The notes under the pieces are model-generated. The model made no database searches, was not told the origin of the DNA, and worked only from the letters and a program-made list of their open reading frames with translations. The translations under genes and the position numbers were made by a program. From Candidatus Binatia bacterium (lineage in GTDB: Bacteria > Desulfobacterota > Binatia > UBA12015): a DNA stretch of 64,000 nucleotides. This document shows, in pieces, positions 20,746 to 30,556 of this stretch. Position 1 is the first letter of the stretch, and each line of letters begins with the position of its first letter. The stretch covers positions 7,531-71,530 of the forward strand of contig JAIEPK010000143.1 of the NCBI GenBank assembly GCA_019749875.1, written 5' to 3'.

Positions 20746-22440
20746 GTGCGATCGACCGCGCGTCGCGTGCCGGCTGCGATGCTTGACGCGTTCTACTTCC
20801 TCGATCCACGCGTCTCTCTGGTGCCGATCGAGGCGCTGGATCCCGGAGGTGTCGGTTCGGCGTTTGCGGAGCGGCTCGCGGTTCGGCCCGGATGGTCAGC
20901 GGCTCGTGTCGCGCTGCTCGACGAGGCCCTTGCGCTGTACTGGGCGCGGCAGGAGGGGCTTGCGCGCCGCGGTGGCGATGTCGCACCACCGCGACTGCGC
21001 AACGTCGCGATCGTCCACGAGGCCGATGCGATCCGCCCGTACGCTTCGCTGCTCAATACGAGCACGTGGACGCTGTACGCCTGCGACCTCGATCCGCAGC
21101 GCTCGCACGCCGAGCTGGTTGCGTACCTCCTGGCGCACGGCGATCGGATGACGGAGACGGGCGAGGTGACGCTCCCGGCGGTGCACCTCGCCCCTTGGTG
21201 GTTCGAGCGTACGGACGAGGAGCGGCAGCAGTTTCGTGATGCCGCGCACGCATCGGTCCGCCCGGACGCAGCGCTCTACCAAGCGATCGCGGATGCGTTG
21301 CCCTGGCTGCGCGAGCTCCGGCACGCACGCCTGCGTCCGCCGCGACAGGGCACGCACCGCCCGATTCCGGGGACGGGTCTGTTGGTCCCGCGAGCCCGGG
21401 CGGATCTTCCCGAGCAGCTCGTTGGCGCCTGTCGTGACGCTGCCACGCGTGCCCTCACCGCCTACCGCGCACGCTGGCGCGATCCCGATGCCGACGCCGC
21501 GGAGGAGCTTTGCCGGTGGCTCACGACGGAGCTCCCCTCACTGCTCGTCACGGAGGGGCGCGGTGCGATCGTGTGGGACCCGGATGCACCGGCGCGTACC
21601 GGGGCCATTCGTGGACGCCTCGCGCGCGCGTCGGGCGCGGGCGTGCGCGAGATCCATGCGGATCTCGAGGTCGTCGCGCGCTGCACGTGCCGCTTCCTCG
21701 GCGCCCTGCAGGATCCGTCGGCGCTGCCCGCGGCAGACCCCACGACGGCACAATCCGGTTACGCGTATCTTCACGTGGGTCGGCGCTTGATCGCCTACAA
21801 CCTCGACGAGCCCGGCATCGAACGCCTTTTTGGGCCGGCTTTGCCCTACGCGCGCGCGATGCTCGCCGCCCGGACGATCCATGAATGGGCTCATCTCGGT
21901 GTCGACGCCGGGCTGGTACCGCGCGGGGTCGACGAGCACGCGTGGCGCGGACTGGTCGCCACGCTGGCGGAGATGCTCGACGACACGATCGACCGAGCGC
22001 CGCGCCCGGTGCGCGAACGCTGCGCATCGGACGTTCGCGTCCTGGCCCGCGACGGCAGCCCCGGCACCGCCCTGGCCGAGATCTTCGTCGGCCGCCTGCC
22101 CGACTACCAGTCGAATCTGCTCGGTTTTCCCTTCCTGTCCCTCGCCGAGCGCGAAGCGTACGTACGGCAGAACATCCGTCCGCTCGCTCGCGAATATCCT
22201 CCGGCGCAGCTCTGGCGCCAGCTGGTCCGGGCCGTCTACGAGTACCAGTACCTGGGCTTCAGCCGTGTCCCGGATCGGCGCCGCTACTTTGCCGGCACCA
22301 CCCGGCTCGAAAGCGATTTCATTGCTTGCGGCGCGCTCGACGAGGCGCGCTTCGATGCGCTCGTCGAGGCCGCTCGGGCGCTGTGTGCGGTCTACGAGGT
22401 CGATCGGTCGCGCGTTCGCCTGCCCGATCCGGACGTCTGA
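20746..22440 (+). CDS. Hypothetical protein (~560 aa) containing an HExxH (HEWAH) motif. I recognise no domain.
   Basis: Long ORF with uniform high-GC3 codon usage. Divergent from the GNAT gene. No family assignment possible from sequence alone. Confidence 0.5.
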   Translation: MRSTARRVPAAMLDAFYFLDPRVSLVPIEALDPGGVGSAFAERLAVRPGWSAARVALLDEALALYWARQEGLARRGGDVAPPRLRNVAIVHEADAIRPYASLLNTSTWTLYACDLDPQRSHAELVAYLLAHGDRMTETGEVTLPAVHLAPWWFERTDEERQQFRDAAHASVRPDAALYQAIADALPWLRELRHARLRPPRQGTHRPIPGTGLLVPRARADLPEQLVGACRDAATRALTAYRARWRDPDADAAEELCRWLTTELPSLLVTEGRGAIVWDPDAPARTGAIRGRLARASGAGVREIHADLEVVARCTCRFLGALQDPSALPAADPTTAQSGYAYLHVGRRLIAYNLDEPGIERLFGPALPYARAMLAARTIHEWAHLGVDAGLVPRGVDEHAWRGLVATLAEMLDDTIDRAPRPVRERCASDVRVLARDGSPGTALAEIFVGRLPDYQSNLLGFPFLSLAEREAYVRQNIRPLAREYPPAQLWRQLVRAVYEYQYLGFSRVPDRRRYFAGTTRLESDFIACGALDEARFDALVEAARALCAVYEVDRSRVRLPDPDV

Positions 22441-22501
22441 TCAGGTGCTCGCGCGACGTGCGGCTTGCCTCACGCGGCCGCGTCGTGCCAACCGTCTCGC
22501 C

Positions 22502-23503
22502 ATGGAAGCAGCCGTCATCGGGGCGGGTTCGTGGGGCACGGCGCTGGCCATCCAGCTCGCGCGTGCGGGTCACGCAGTGACGCTGTGGGGGCGTGACGAG
22601 GCCAGCGCCCGAGAGATGGCGGAGACGCGCGAGAACAAGCGCTATCTCCCCGGGGTTCACCTGCCGGCGCCGCTCAGCCCGACCGCCAATCTGGAGGAGG
22701 CGGTGCGCGCGGGGCGCAAGTTGCTCGTGTGCGCCGTACCCTCGCATGCGGTGCGCGAGACCATGACGCTCGCCGCGGCCTACATGCGCGAGGACGGCGT
22801 CATCGCGAGTGCGACCAAGGGCCTCGAGGAAGGCTCCGGTAAGCGCATGAGCGAGGTGCTCGACGAGTGCACGCCCTGTAAGGGGCGTGTCGCCGTGATC
22901 GCCGGACCGAGCTTCGCAAAGGAAGTGGCGGCCGAGATGCCGACCATCGTGACCATTGCGTCGACGTCGCCGCAGGTCGCGGACTTCGTGCAGCACGCGT
23001 TCGTGACGCCCATGTTCCGGGTCTACGCGCTCGAGGATGTCGTCGGTGCGGAGATCGGCGGCACGGTGAAGAACGTGATCGCCATCGCCGCCGGCGTGAG
23101 CGATGGACTCGGGCTCGGTCACAACACCCGCGCCGGCATCATCACGCGAGGTCTCGCCGAGGTGAACCGGCTGGCGATGAAGATGGGGGCCGATCCGCTG
23201 ACGGTCACCGGGCTCGCCGGGCTCGGAGATCTCGTGCTCACTTGTACGGGGGAGCTGTCGCGCAACCGCTCGCTCGGGCTGCGGCTCGGCCGCGGCGAGA
23301 AGCTTTCCGAGATCCTCGGCTCGATGAAGCAGGTCGCCGAGGGCGTGCGGAACACCTTGACGGTGGACGACCTCGCCCGTACGCATCAGGTGGACATGCC
23401 GATCACCGCACAGATGCGCTGCCTCCTGTTCGAGGACAAGACGCCGCGGTCGGCGATGGTCGATCTGATGACGCGCCAGCCCAAGAGAGAGTTCGCGCGC
23501 TGA
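22502..23503 (+). CDS. gpsA: NAD(P)H-dependent glycerol-3-phosphate dehydrogenase.
   Basis: N-terminal Rossmann motif (VIGAGSWGTALA) and GpsA core (GPSFA.EVA, K.VIAIA.G). The start at the internal ATG of track ORF 21830..23503 is in frame. Confidence 0.9.
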   Translation: MEAAVIGAGSWGTALAIQLARAGHAVTLWGRDEASAREMAETRENKRYLPGVHLPAPLSPTANLEEAVRAGRKLLVCAVPSHAVRETMTLAAAYMREDGVIASATKGLEEGSGKRMSEVLDECTPCKGRVAVIAGPSFAKEVAAEMPTIVTIASTSPQVADFVQHAFVTPMFRVYALEDVVGAEIGGTVKNVIAIAAGVSDGLGLGHNTRAGIITRGLAEVNRLAMKMGADPLTVTGLAGLGDLVLTCTGELSRNRSLGLRLGRGEKLSEILGSMKQVAEGVRNTLTVDDLARTHQVDMPITAQMRCLLFEDKTPRSAMVDLMTRQPKREFAR

Positions 23504-23528
23504 TCGGGTCGCTGAACGGGAGTCGACG

Positions 23529-23738
23529 ATGGCGAACAAGGGAACGTGCAAGGCGGAAGGCTGTCAGAAGGACGTGGTCGGCAAGGGCTATTGCTCCAGG
23601 CACTACAAGCTGTGGCGCGAGGGCAAGATGCCGAAAGCCCGCTACAAGACCTGCCGCACCGAAGGCTGCCGCAAGAAGCAGACGGACAAGGGTCACTGCG
23701 CCGACCATCAGAAGAAGAAGGCCGCCGCCGAGGGTTGA
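23529..23738 (+). CDS. Small Cys/Lys-rich protein (69 aa) with two CxxxGC...GxCxxH repeats. Putative zinc-ribbon protein of unknown function.
   Basis: GGGAG RBS upstream. High-GC3 codons. Internal tandem repeat TCKAEGCQKDVVGKGYCSRHY / TCRTEGCRKKQTDKGHCADHQ. Confidence 0.5.
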   Translation: MANKGTCKAEGCQKDVVGKGYCSRHYKLWREGKMPKARYKTCRTEGCRKKQTDKGHCADHQKKKAAAEG

Positions 23739-23871
23739 TTCGCCCGTTCGTCACGCCGCCCGCCAGGGCGCCGGAATTGACAGCAGGGAACTCGCATGGT
23801 TCCCTCGCCGCTTGCCTTGGGCTCGGGGGTGATCTTCCTCTGAGCCCTTCTCATCGAAACGGGCGAAACGA

Positions 23872-24030
23872 ATGAAACGCACTTATCAGCCGAGCAACCG
23901 GCGGCGGAAGAGAACGCATGGCTTTCTCGCCCGGATGGCGAGCCCGACGGGACGACAGGTCATCAAGCGTCGTCGCCGCAAGGGCCGCAAGCGCCTGACC
24001 GTCTCGATCCCCACCAAGCAGCCCGGTTGA
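23872..24030 (+). CDS. rpmH: 50S ribosomal protein L34.
   Basis: Translation [45 protein letters not shown]. It is below the 60-aa cutoff of the ORF track. Confidence 0.9.
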   Translation: MKRTYQPSNRRRKRTHGFLARMASPTGRQVIKRRRRKGRKRLTVSIPTKQPG

Positions 24031-24452
24031 ACCCGGACCACGGGAGCCTTCCCGGCTTCGCGACGTGCGCCTTCCGCAAGGAGGCACGGGTCCGGAAGCG
24101 CCGGGAGTTCCTGCACATTCAGAACGCCGGACGCAGAGTCGCAACACGTCACTTCCTCGTCGTCTACATACGGTCGGGCGACGGCCCGCCGCGGTTGGGA
24201 ATCACGGTGACGAAGAAGATCGGCAACGCGGTGTTGCGGAACCGGATCAAGCGGGCGGTCCGGGAAGCGTTCCGAGCGCATGCCAGATCACTGCAGCGTG
24301 GTGCGAGCATGGTCGTGATCGCGCGCGACGGTTCCAGCCGCCTGACCACCCGGGAAACGGCCGCAGAGCTCGTGCCAGCGCTCTGCTCTGTCGGTACGGC
24401 AGCGAGTTCGCCGCCGCGACGCGACGACAGGGCGGCTTCGACGGGCAAATGA
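24027..24452 (+). CDS. rnpA: Ribonuclease P protein component.
   Basis: Conserved RNR motif region ([13 protein letters not shown]) and synteny after rpmH. TTG start overlaps the rpmH stop. Confidence 0.8.
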   Translation: MNPDHGSLPGFATCAFRKEARVRKRREFLHIQNAGRRVATRHFLVVYIRSGDGPPRLGITVTKKIGNAVLRNRIKRAVREAFRAHARSLQRGASMVVIARDGSSRLTTRETAAELVPALCSVGTAASSPPRRDDRAASTGK

Positions 24453-24724
24453 GCTCGTCGTTGTCGATCCTGATGCGGGGTCTTCTTCGCGGCTACCAGC
24501 TCGTGCTGTCGCCGCTCCTGGGACCCGCCTGCCGTTTCGCACCGAGCTGCTCGGAGTATGCACGCGAGGCGATTGCGCTGCATGGTCCGGGTCGCGGCGC
24601 CTGGTTGGCACTGCGGCGACTGTCCCGCTGTCATCCCCTCGGCGGCGCCGGCTTCGACCCGGTGCCGGAGCCCCCTCACCGTCCGGCCGGCGCGCTGGCC
24701 CACTCATCCCGGAGCGACGCCTGA
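24449..24724 (+). CDS. yidD: Membrane protein insertion efficiency factor YidD.
   Basis: YQ..LSP......CRF.PSCSEYA......G...G motif. ATGA overlap with rnpA. Confidence 0.85.
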   Translation: MSSSLSILMRGLLRGYQLVLSPLLGPACRFAPSCSEYAREAIALHGPGRGAWLALRRLSRCHPLGGAGFDPVPEPPHRPAGALAHSSRSDA

Positions 24725-26379
24725 TGGATCGCCGCACGCTCACGTTCATCACCGTCTCGGTCCTGATCATGGTCCTGTATCAGGAGCTCGTGCTGAAGCG
24801 GGTGCAGCCGCCGGCACCGGTCGATGTGCCACCCGCCGCGACGGCGAATCTCGATTCCGCCGCCCAGCCGAACGCGACCCCGCCCGAGGCGGCCAAGACG
24901 CCCGCGCTGCCCGCGGCGGCGATCGAGGGGGAGAGTGGAGGCGTCGAGGGCCGCGACATCGTGGTCGACACGGACCTCTTCTCGGCGGTGCTGTCGACCG
25001 CCGGAGGGCGGATCAAGAGCTTCACGCTCAAGAAGTTCCGTGCGACCAACGAGCCTGGCAGTCCGCCGCTGGAGTTGATCGTACCCGGCGAAGAAGGCGA
25101 CCTACCCCTTGGCATCGAGCTGCGCGGCGCGCAGGTCTGGAACGACGCGCGCAAGGTGTACACGGCGAGCAGTGAACGTCTGAGCGTCCAGGGGAACGAA
25201 GAGAAGACTCTCGAGCTGACCACCCAGATCGCCGGCCAGCCACTGGTCAAGCGGCTCACCTTCCGCGGAGACTCGTACGCGATCGGGTTGGCGGTGGAAA
25301 CGCCCGGTGCGAGCGCACTACCGAAGGAGCTGACCTCAGCGTCGGCCGACGGACAACCTGCCGCGGTGGCACTGGTCTGGGCGAAGAGTGTTCACGCAGC
25401 GACCAAGCAGGCGTTCGAAGGTGCTGCGGCGCTGGTCAACGGCAAGCTGGTCCTCGACAGCATCGACAAGATCGAGGGACAGCAGGTTCTGCCCGGAACC
25501 ATCGCCTGGGCGGGCTTCGAGGACCACTACTTTCTGTCCGCTGCAGCCCCCGACCGAGCGAACTCGCTGATTCTGAAGGCGCGCGGCTCGACCATCGAGA
25601 GCAAGCTCCTGACCTCGCGCGACGGTACGGGCCCGGTTCAGGTCGGCTACACGCTCTTCCTCGGCCCGAAGGAGCTGAAGGATCTCGAGGCGGCCGGACA
25701 CGACTTCGAGCGCGCGATGAATCTCGGCTGGTTCGGCCCGATCTCGCTGCTGCTCCTGCGCGTCTTGAACCTCTCGCATCGGGTGACCGGGAATTATGGT
25801 CTCGACATCATCCTGCTGACCTGTCTGGTCAAGATCGCCTTCTGGCCCCTGACGCAGAAGAGCTTCAAGTCGATGCGCGAGATGCAGAAGCTGCAGCCCG
25901 AGATGCAGCGGCTTCGCGAGAAGTACAAGGACGACGCGAAGCAGATGAACACCGAGATCATGGAGCTGTACAAGCGGCACAAGGTCAATCCGCTCGGCGG
26001 CTGCTTGCCGATGGTGCTTCAGATCCCGGTTTTCTTCGGCCTGTATCAGCTGCTCGCCAACACCATCCAGCTCCGGCACGCGCCGTTCTTCTTCTGGATC
26101 CACGATCTCGCGGCACCGGAGCGTCTGGACGTCATGGGCTACGGCGTACCCGTACTGACGCTCCTCCTGGGTGCGTCGATGTTCCTCCAGCAGCGAATGT
26201 CGCCGCAAACCGGAGATCCCACGCAGCAGCGCGTCATGATGTTCATGCCGCTGCTGTTCACGTTCATGTTCATCGGCTTCCCCGCTGGTCTCACGCTGTA
26301 CTGGTTGACCAACAACGTGCTGACCATCGCGCAGCAGTACTTCGTGCTGCGCTCGTCACCACCCGCCGTAGCCGCTTGA
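24724..26379 (+). CDS. yidC: Membrane protein insertase YidC.
   Basis: N-terminal TM, periplasmic domain, and C-terminal 60-kDa IMP core (GCLPMVLQIPVFFGLY). Confidence 0.9.
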   Translation: MDRRTLTFITVSVLIMVLYQELVLKRVQPPAPVDVPPAATANLDSAAQPNATPPEAAKTPALPAAAIEGESGGVEGRDIVVDTDLFSAVLSTAGGRIKSFTLKKFRATNEPGSPPLELIVPGEEGDLPLGIELRGAQVWNDARKVYTASSERLSVQGNEEKTLELTTQIAGQPLVKRLTFRGDSYAIGLAVETPGASALPKELTSASADGQPAAVALVWAKSVHAATKQAFEGAAALVNGKLVLDSIDKIEGQQVLPGTIAWAGFEDHYFLSAAAPDRANSLILKARGSTIESKLLTSRDGTGPVQVGYTLFLGPKELKDLEAAGHDFERAMNLGWFGPISLLLLRVLNLSHRVTGNYGLDIILLTCLVKIAFWPLTQKSFKSMREMQKLQPEMQRLREKYKDDAKQMNTEIMELYKRHKVNPLGGCLPMVLQIPVFFGLYQLLANTIQLRHAPFFFWIHDLAAPERLDVMGYGVPVLTLLLGASMFLQQRMSPQTGDPTQQRVMMFMPLLFTFMFIGFPAGLTLYWLTNNVLTIAQQYFVLRSSPPAVAA

Positions 26380-26515
26380 AACATGATCTTGTCAGCCGGG
26401 GCGTCGCCGGTGCACGCCGTACGGCAGCGACCAGCGCGACGACGCCTAGCTGAGCAACTTTAGTCTTGGTGCCGTCGCGAGCGCGCTGATCGGGACGATC
26501 GCTCGTTCTGGTAGA

Positions 26516-27895
26516 TTGGAATGGGTGGCGGGCTACCTCGAGGACACCATCGCAGCGCTCGCGACCCCACCCGGAACGGGGGCCGTCGCCGTGTTGCGGC
26601 TCAGTGGACGAGACGCGTGCGGGATCGCGCGCCGGGTGCTGCGCCGCAAGGGCCGTGACGCCCCTCCGGTCCTCGAATCGCACCGGGCGCGCTTGGCGGT
26701 GATGACCGATCCCGTATCGGGCGATGCCTTGGACGAAGTCCTCGTGCTGCCGATGCTGGCGCCGCGCAGCTTCACCGGCGAGGACGTGGTCGAGATTCAT
26801 TGTCACGGCGGCGTCCTGATCGCAGATCGCGTGCTCCGGGCACTCCTCGCGGCGGGAGCGCGCGCGGCTCGTCCCGGTGAGTTCACCGAGCGCGCCTTTC
26901 TCAACGGACGTCTCGATCTGTGCCAGGCGGAGGCCGTGGCCGACCTCATCGAGGCGTCGAGCGACGCGGGACGGAGCTTCGCGTGGCACCACCTCGAGGG
27001 GGCGCTGTCGCGTGCGGTCCAGATGACGCACGAAACGCTGATCGACCTGCGAGCGCTGGTCGAAGCGCATCTCGACTTCCCCGAGGATGACCTCCCTGCT
27101 GAAACGGAAGCTGCGATCAGTGCAGAGCTGGACCGCGTGCTGTGCGCGCTGCGACGGCTCGCGGCGACGTTCGCGCGAGGGAGACTCGCCCGCGAAGGAG
27201 CCCGAGTCGTCCTGCTGGGGAAGCCCAACGTTGGCAAGTCGTCTCTGCTGAACGCGCTCTTGGGCCGTGAGCGCGCGCTCGTCAGTGATCAGCCGGGGAC
27301 GACCCGGGACTATCTCGAGGAGCCCGCCGCGTTCGGCGCCGTACGCGTTCTGCTCTGCGACACCGCGGGCATCCGCCCGACCGATGAAGCGGTCGAGCAA
27401 GCCGGGATCGCCCGATCGCTCGACGTCGCGTCGTCGGCCGATGCGGTCATCGTGGTCCTCGACCGTTCCCGGCCGCTGGGCCCCGAGGACACGGCAGTTC
27501 TCGCAGCCGCAGACGGCCGACCCCACGTCGTGGTTCGCAGCAAGGCGGACCTCCCCGAGGTGTGGGAGGCAGATCGGGGCATGCTCGAGGTTTCCGCGCG
27601 ATCCGGTGCGGGTCTCGACCTCCTCGTGGATTCCATCACGCGGACGTTGCTCGCAGAAGCGCACGTCGGGGGTGACGAGCCCGTGATCATCACTCGGGCG
27701 CGCCATCACGAGGCGCTGCTCGGCTGCGCCGGCGCCGTCGAGCGCGCGCTCTCGTCGATCCGCTCGGGTGGAGATCTCGAGGTCGTTTCAATCGAACTGC
27801 AGGCAGCGAGCCTCGAGCTCGAGCGGATCGTTGGCAGCGCCGACGTCGACGATCTCCTCGATAGGATCTTCCGAAGGTTCTGTATTGGGAAATAG
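26516..27895 (+). CDS. mnmE: tRNA modification GTPase MnmE.
   Basis: TIAALATP N-terminal motif, G-domain (GKPNVGKSSLLN, DTAG), C-terminal C-I-G-K. Confidence 0.9.
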   Translation: MEWVAGYLEDTIAALATPPGTGAVAVLRLSGRDACGIARRVLRRKGRDAPPVLESHRARLAVMTDPVSGDALDEVLVLPMLAPRSFTGEDVVEIHCHGGVLIADRVLRALLAAGARAARPGEFTERAFLNGRLDLCQAEAVADLIEASSDAGRSFAWHHLEGALSRAVQMTHETLIDLRALVEAHLDFPEDDLPAETEAAISAELDRVLCALRRLAATFARGRLAREGARVVLLGKPNVGKSSLLNALLGRERALVSDQPGTTRDYLEEPAAFGAVRVLLCDTAGIRPTDEAVEQAGIARSLDVASSADAVIVVLDRSRPLGPEDTAVLAAADGRPHVVVRSKADLPEVWEADRGMLEVSARSGAGLDLLVDSITRTLLAEAHVGGDEPVIITRARHHEALLGCAGAVERALSSIRSGGDLEVVSIELQAASLELERIVGSADVDDLLDRIFRRFCIGK

Positions 27896-27922
27896 CGGGG
27901 ATTTCGGTAACGCAGCACGCGG

Positions 27923-29797
27923 GTGTTCCACGTGAAACATCATGACGTCATCGTCGTCGGCGCAGGCCATGCCGGAATCGAGGCGGCCGCGGCCGCGACA
28001 CGACTCGGCGCCTCCACCCTGCTGTTGACGCAGAACCTCGACCACATCGGTCAGATGTCCTGCAACCCTGCGATCGGAGGCGTCGGCAAGGGACATCTGG
28101 TCAAGGAGATCGATGCGCTCGGCGGCGTGATGGCACGTGCCATCGATGCCACCGGCATCCAGTTCCGGACGCTCAACATGCGCAAGGGGCCGGCGGTTCG
28201 GGCGACTCGGGCTCAAGCCGACAAGGCGCGCTACCGAGCCTTTGCCAAGCAGTTCCTCGAGGGGCTGCCCGGCCTCACGCTCCGACAGGCAACGATCGAG
28301 AGGCTCGTCGTCGAGCAAGGACACGTCCTTGGCGTCGAGACCGCGCTCGGTGAGCGATTCTCGGCCGCAGCGGTCATCCTCACCACCGGAACGTTCCTGC
28401 GGGGCCTCATGCACATCGGCGATCTTAGCGAGCCCGGCGGGCGCGCCGGAGATGCCGCCAGCCCGGGTCTAAGCGGCTCGCTCGAGGCGCTCGGCCTACG
28501 GGTCGGGCGACTCAAGACCGGTACCTGCCCTCGTCTCGACGGTCGCACCATCGACTTTTCGGGATTGGAGGTTCAGCCGGGCGACGACCCTCCCTGCCCG
28601 TTCTCCTCGGCGACCGATCGCATCGTGCTGCCCCAAGTGCCCTGTCACATCACCTACACCACGGAAACGACCCACGAAGTCATCCGTGCTTCTCTGCATC
28701 GATCCCCGATGTTCAGCGGGCGGATCCAGAGCCGGGGGCCACGCTATTGCCCCTCGGTCGAGGACAAGATCGTTCGATTCGCCGACAAGCTGCGGCACCA
28801 GATCTTCCTGGAACCGGAGGGCCTCGACACGGTCGAGGTGTATCCCAACGGGCTTTCGACCTCCCTGCCGCTCGAGACGCAGATCGCCATGGTGCGCTCC
28901 ATTCCCGGCCTGGAGAACGCCGAGATCATGCGCCCGGGCTACGCAATCGAGTACGACTTCGTCGATCCGCTCGACCTGTTGCCGAGTCTCGAAACGAAGT
29001 GCGTCGGGGGCCTCTTCCTGGCCGGCCAGATCAACGGCACGACCGGCTACGAGGAGGCAGCAGCACAGGGCCTCGTCGCGGGGATCAATGCCGTTCGCAA
29101 GGTGCGACACGAGTCGCCCGTGCGGCTGACGCGCGACCGAAGCTACATCGGCGTGCTCATCGACGATCTCGTCACCCGCGGTGTCGGCGGAGAACCGTAC
29201 CGAATGTTCACTTCCCGGGCCGAGCACCGACTCCTCCTCCGCGAGGACAATGCGGACCAGCGGCTCGGCTCGCTCGCCCAAGAGCTCGGGCTTGTCGATG
29301 CCGAAGCGAGTCGGCGGCTTGCCCAGCGGTCCGACGAGCTGCGCGAGCTGCGGGACCTCCTGACGAGCTTCCGCCTCTACCCCACCGCTGCGACCAACGA
29401 TGCGCTCGGATCTCTCGGACTCGCCGCGCTCCGCCAGCCGGCCACCGCTGCCGAGCTCTTACGTCGACCCGACGTCGCCGTCGAGCATCTGCTGGCGCTC
29501 GACGTCCCCTTGGCAGCAGCCGACCCTCGTGCGATCGCGTCCGTGGTGCTCGACGTGAAGTACGAGGGCTACGTTGCGCGGCAGCAGCTCCTCGCGACTC
29601 GCAGCAGTCGGCTTGATGACACCATCCTGCCGCGTGGGCTCGATTTCGCCGCCATCCGAGGATTGTCGGCAGAGGTCCGTGAGAAGCTCGGGCGTGTTCA
29701 GCCGGAGACACTCGGCCAGGCGGCGAGGATTCCCGGAGTGACGCCGGCGGCGATCGCTCTGCTCGGCGTGCACCTGCGCCGCACGCGCTCTGCGTGA
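27923..29797 (+). CDS. mnmG: tRNA uridine 5-carboxymethylaminomethyl modification enzyme MnmG (GidA).
   Basis: [14 protein letters not shown] motif and MnmG family conservation throughout. A parS site overlaps the first codons. Confidence 0.9.
   Translation: MFHVKHHDVIVVGAGHAGIEAAAAATRLGASTLLLTQNLDHIGQMSCNPAIGGVGKGHLVKEIDALGGVMARAIDATGIQFRTLNMRKGPAVRATRAQADKARYRAFAKQFLEGLPGLTLRQATIERLVVEQGHVLGVETALGERFSAAAVILTTGTFLRGLMHIGDLSEPGGRAGDAASPGLSGSLEALGLRVGRLKTGTCPRLDGRTIDFSGLEVQPGDDPPCPFSSATDRIVLPQVPCHITYTTETTHEVIRASLHRSPMFSGRIQSRGPRYCPSVEDKIVRFADKLRHQIFLEPEGLDTVEVYPNGLSTSLPLETQIAMVRSIPGLENAEIMRPGYAIEYDFVDPLDLLPSLETKCVGGLFLAGQINGTTGYEEAAAQGLVAGINAVRKVRHESPVRLTRDRSYIGVLIDDLVTRGVGGEPYRMFTSRAEHRLLLREDNADQRLGSLAQELGLVDAEASRRLAQRSDELRELRDLLTSFRLYPTAATNDALGSLGLAALRQPATAAELLRRPDVAVEHLLALDVPLAAADPRAIASVVLDVKYEGYVARQQLLATRSSRLDDTILPRGLDFAAIRGLSAEVREKLGRVQPETLGQAARIPGVTPAAIALLGVHLRRTRSA
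27924..27939. promoter_or_regulatory. parS: parS centromere site (TGTTCCACGTGAAACA), ParB-binding.
   Basis: 16/16 match to the canonical palindromic parS consensus tGTTnCACGTGAAACa. It lies at the mnmG start. Confidence 0.8.
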
Positions 29798-29801
29798 CGG
29801 C

Positions 29802-30488
29802 ATGGCTGGTCGCGACAACGAGCAAGCCATCGGCACTGCGGAGCGCCTGCACACAGGGGCCCAGTTGCTCGGTGTCGCGCTCGACCAGGAGCAGCTCGCG
29901 GCGCTGTGCCTGTTCGTCGACGAGCTCGGGGTCTGGAATGCGCGGACGAACCTCGTCGGACAGCACGATCGCAGCACGCTGATCGACCGTCACGTGCTGG
30001 ACTCCTTGGCCGCGGCGCCGATGCTGCGCGATCATGGTCCAGCGCTGCGGATCGCAGACGTGGGCAGTGGCGCAGGCCTTCCCGGCGTCCCGCTCGCGAT
30101 CGCGCTACGCACGCAAACCATGTGGCTCATCGAGCCACGACGAAAGCGCGCCAGCTTTCTGCGGAGCATCCGGCGATTGCTGCCGACGTACGGCCTCGAG
30201 GTGCTCGAGGCGCGGGCCGAGGATCTCGCCGGGCGACGCGGCGAGACTCCGGTGTGCGACGCGGTGGTCAGTCGGGCGGCGCTCACCGACGAAGCTCTAC
30301 AGCTCGTCGCCGCTCCCCTTCTGAGGGATGGTGGGCTGCTCATCGCCTATCGCGGGGCCGCGACGGAGGACGTCGCCGCGGCTTCTCTGGTCACGACAGG
30401 GTACTCCGAACGGCGATCGTCGGCGTACTCGCTCGAGGCAGCGCGCCGCTCCTTTCGCCTCGACGTGTGGAGGCGAAGTTTCACGTGA
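29802..30488 (+). CDS. rsmG: 16S rRNA (guanine527-N7)-methyltransferase RsmG (GidB).
   Basis: SAM-MTase motif DVGSGAGLPG and synteny after mnmG. Confidence 0.85.
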   Translation: MAGRDNEQAIGTAERLHTGAQLLGVALDQEQLAALCLFVDELGVWNARTNLVGQHDRSTLIDRHVLDSLAAAPMLRDHGPALRIADVGSGAGLPGVPLAIALRTQTMWLIEPRRKRASFLRSIRRLLPTYGLEVLEARAEDLAGRRGETPVCDAVVSRAALTDEALQLVAAPLLRDGGLLIAYRGAATEDVAAASLVTTGYSERRSSAYSLEAARRSFRLDVWRRSFT

Positions 30489-30492
30489 AACA
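30477..30492. promoter_or_regulatory. parS: parS centromere site (AGTTTCACGTGAAACA).
   Basis: 15/16 match to parS consensus, perfect 14-bp palindrome GTTTCACGTGAAAC. It overlaps the rsmG stop, 65 bp upstream of parA. Confidence 0.8.
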
Positions 30493-30556
30493 TCGCGACT
30501 TGAGCCAGGTGCCATTTACCCGCCGCTGGGGAATCTGTTAGGCATCGCCGCTTCGC

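Noticed and set aside
21830-23503. 557-aa ORF fusing the upstream region with gpsA
   Set aside because: Only the C-terminal 333 aa (from ATG 22502) match GpsA. The N-terminal part overlaps the 20746-22440 gene in another frame and is low-complexity.
28131-28148. TGGCACGTGCCA palindrome resembling a sigma-54 -24 element
   Set aside because: It is inside the mnmG coding sequence, with no TTGC at the right spacing.
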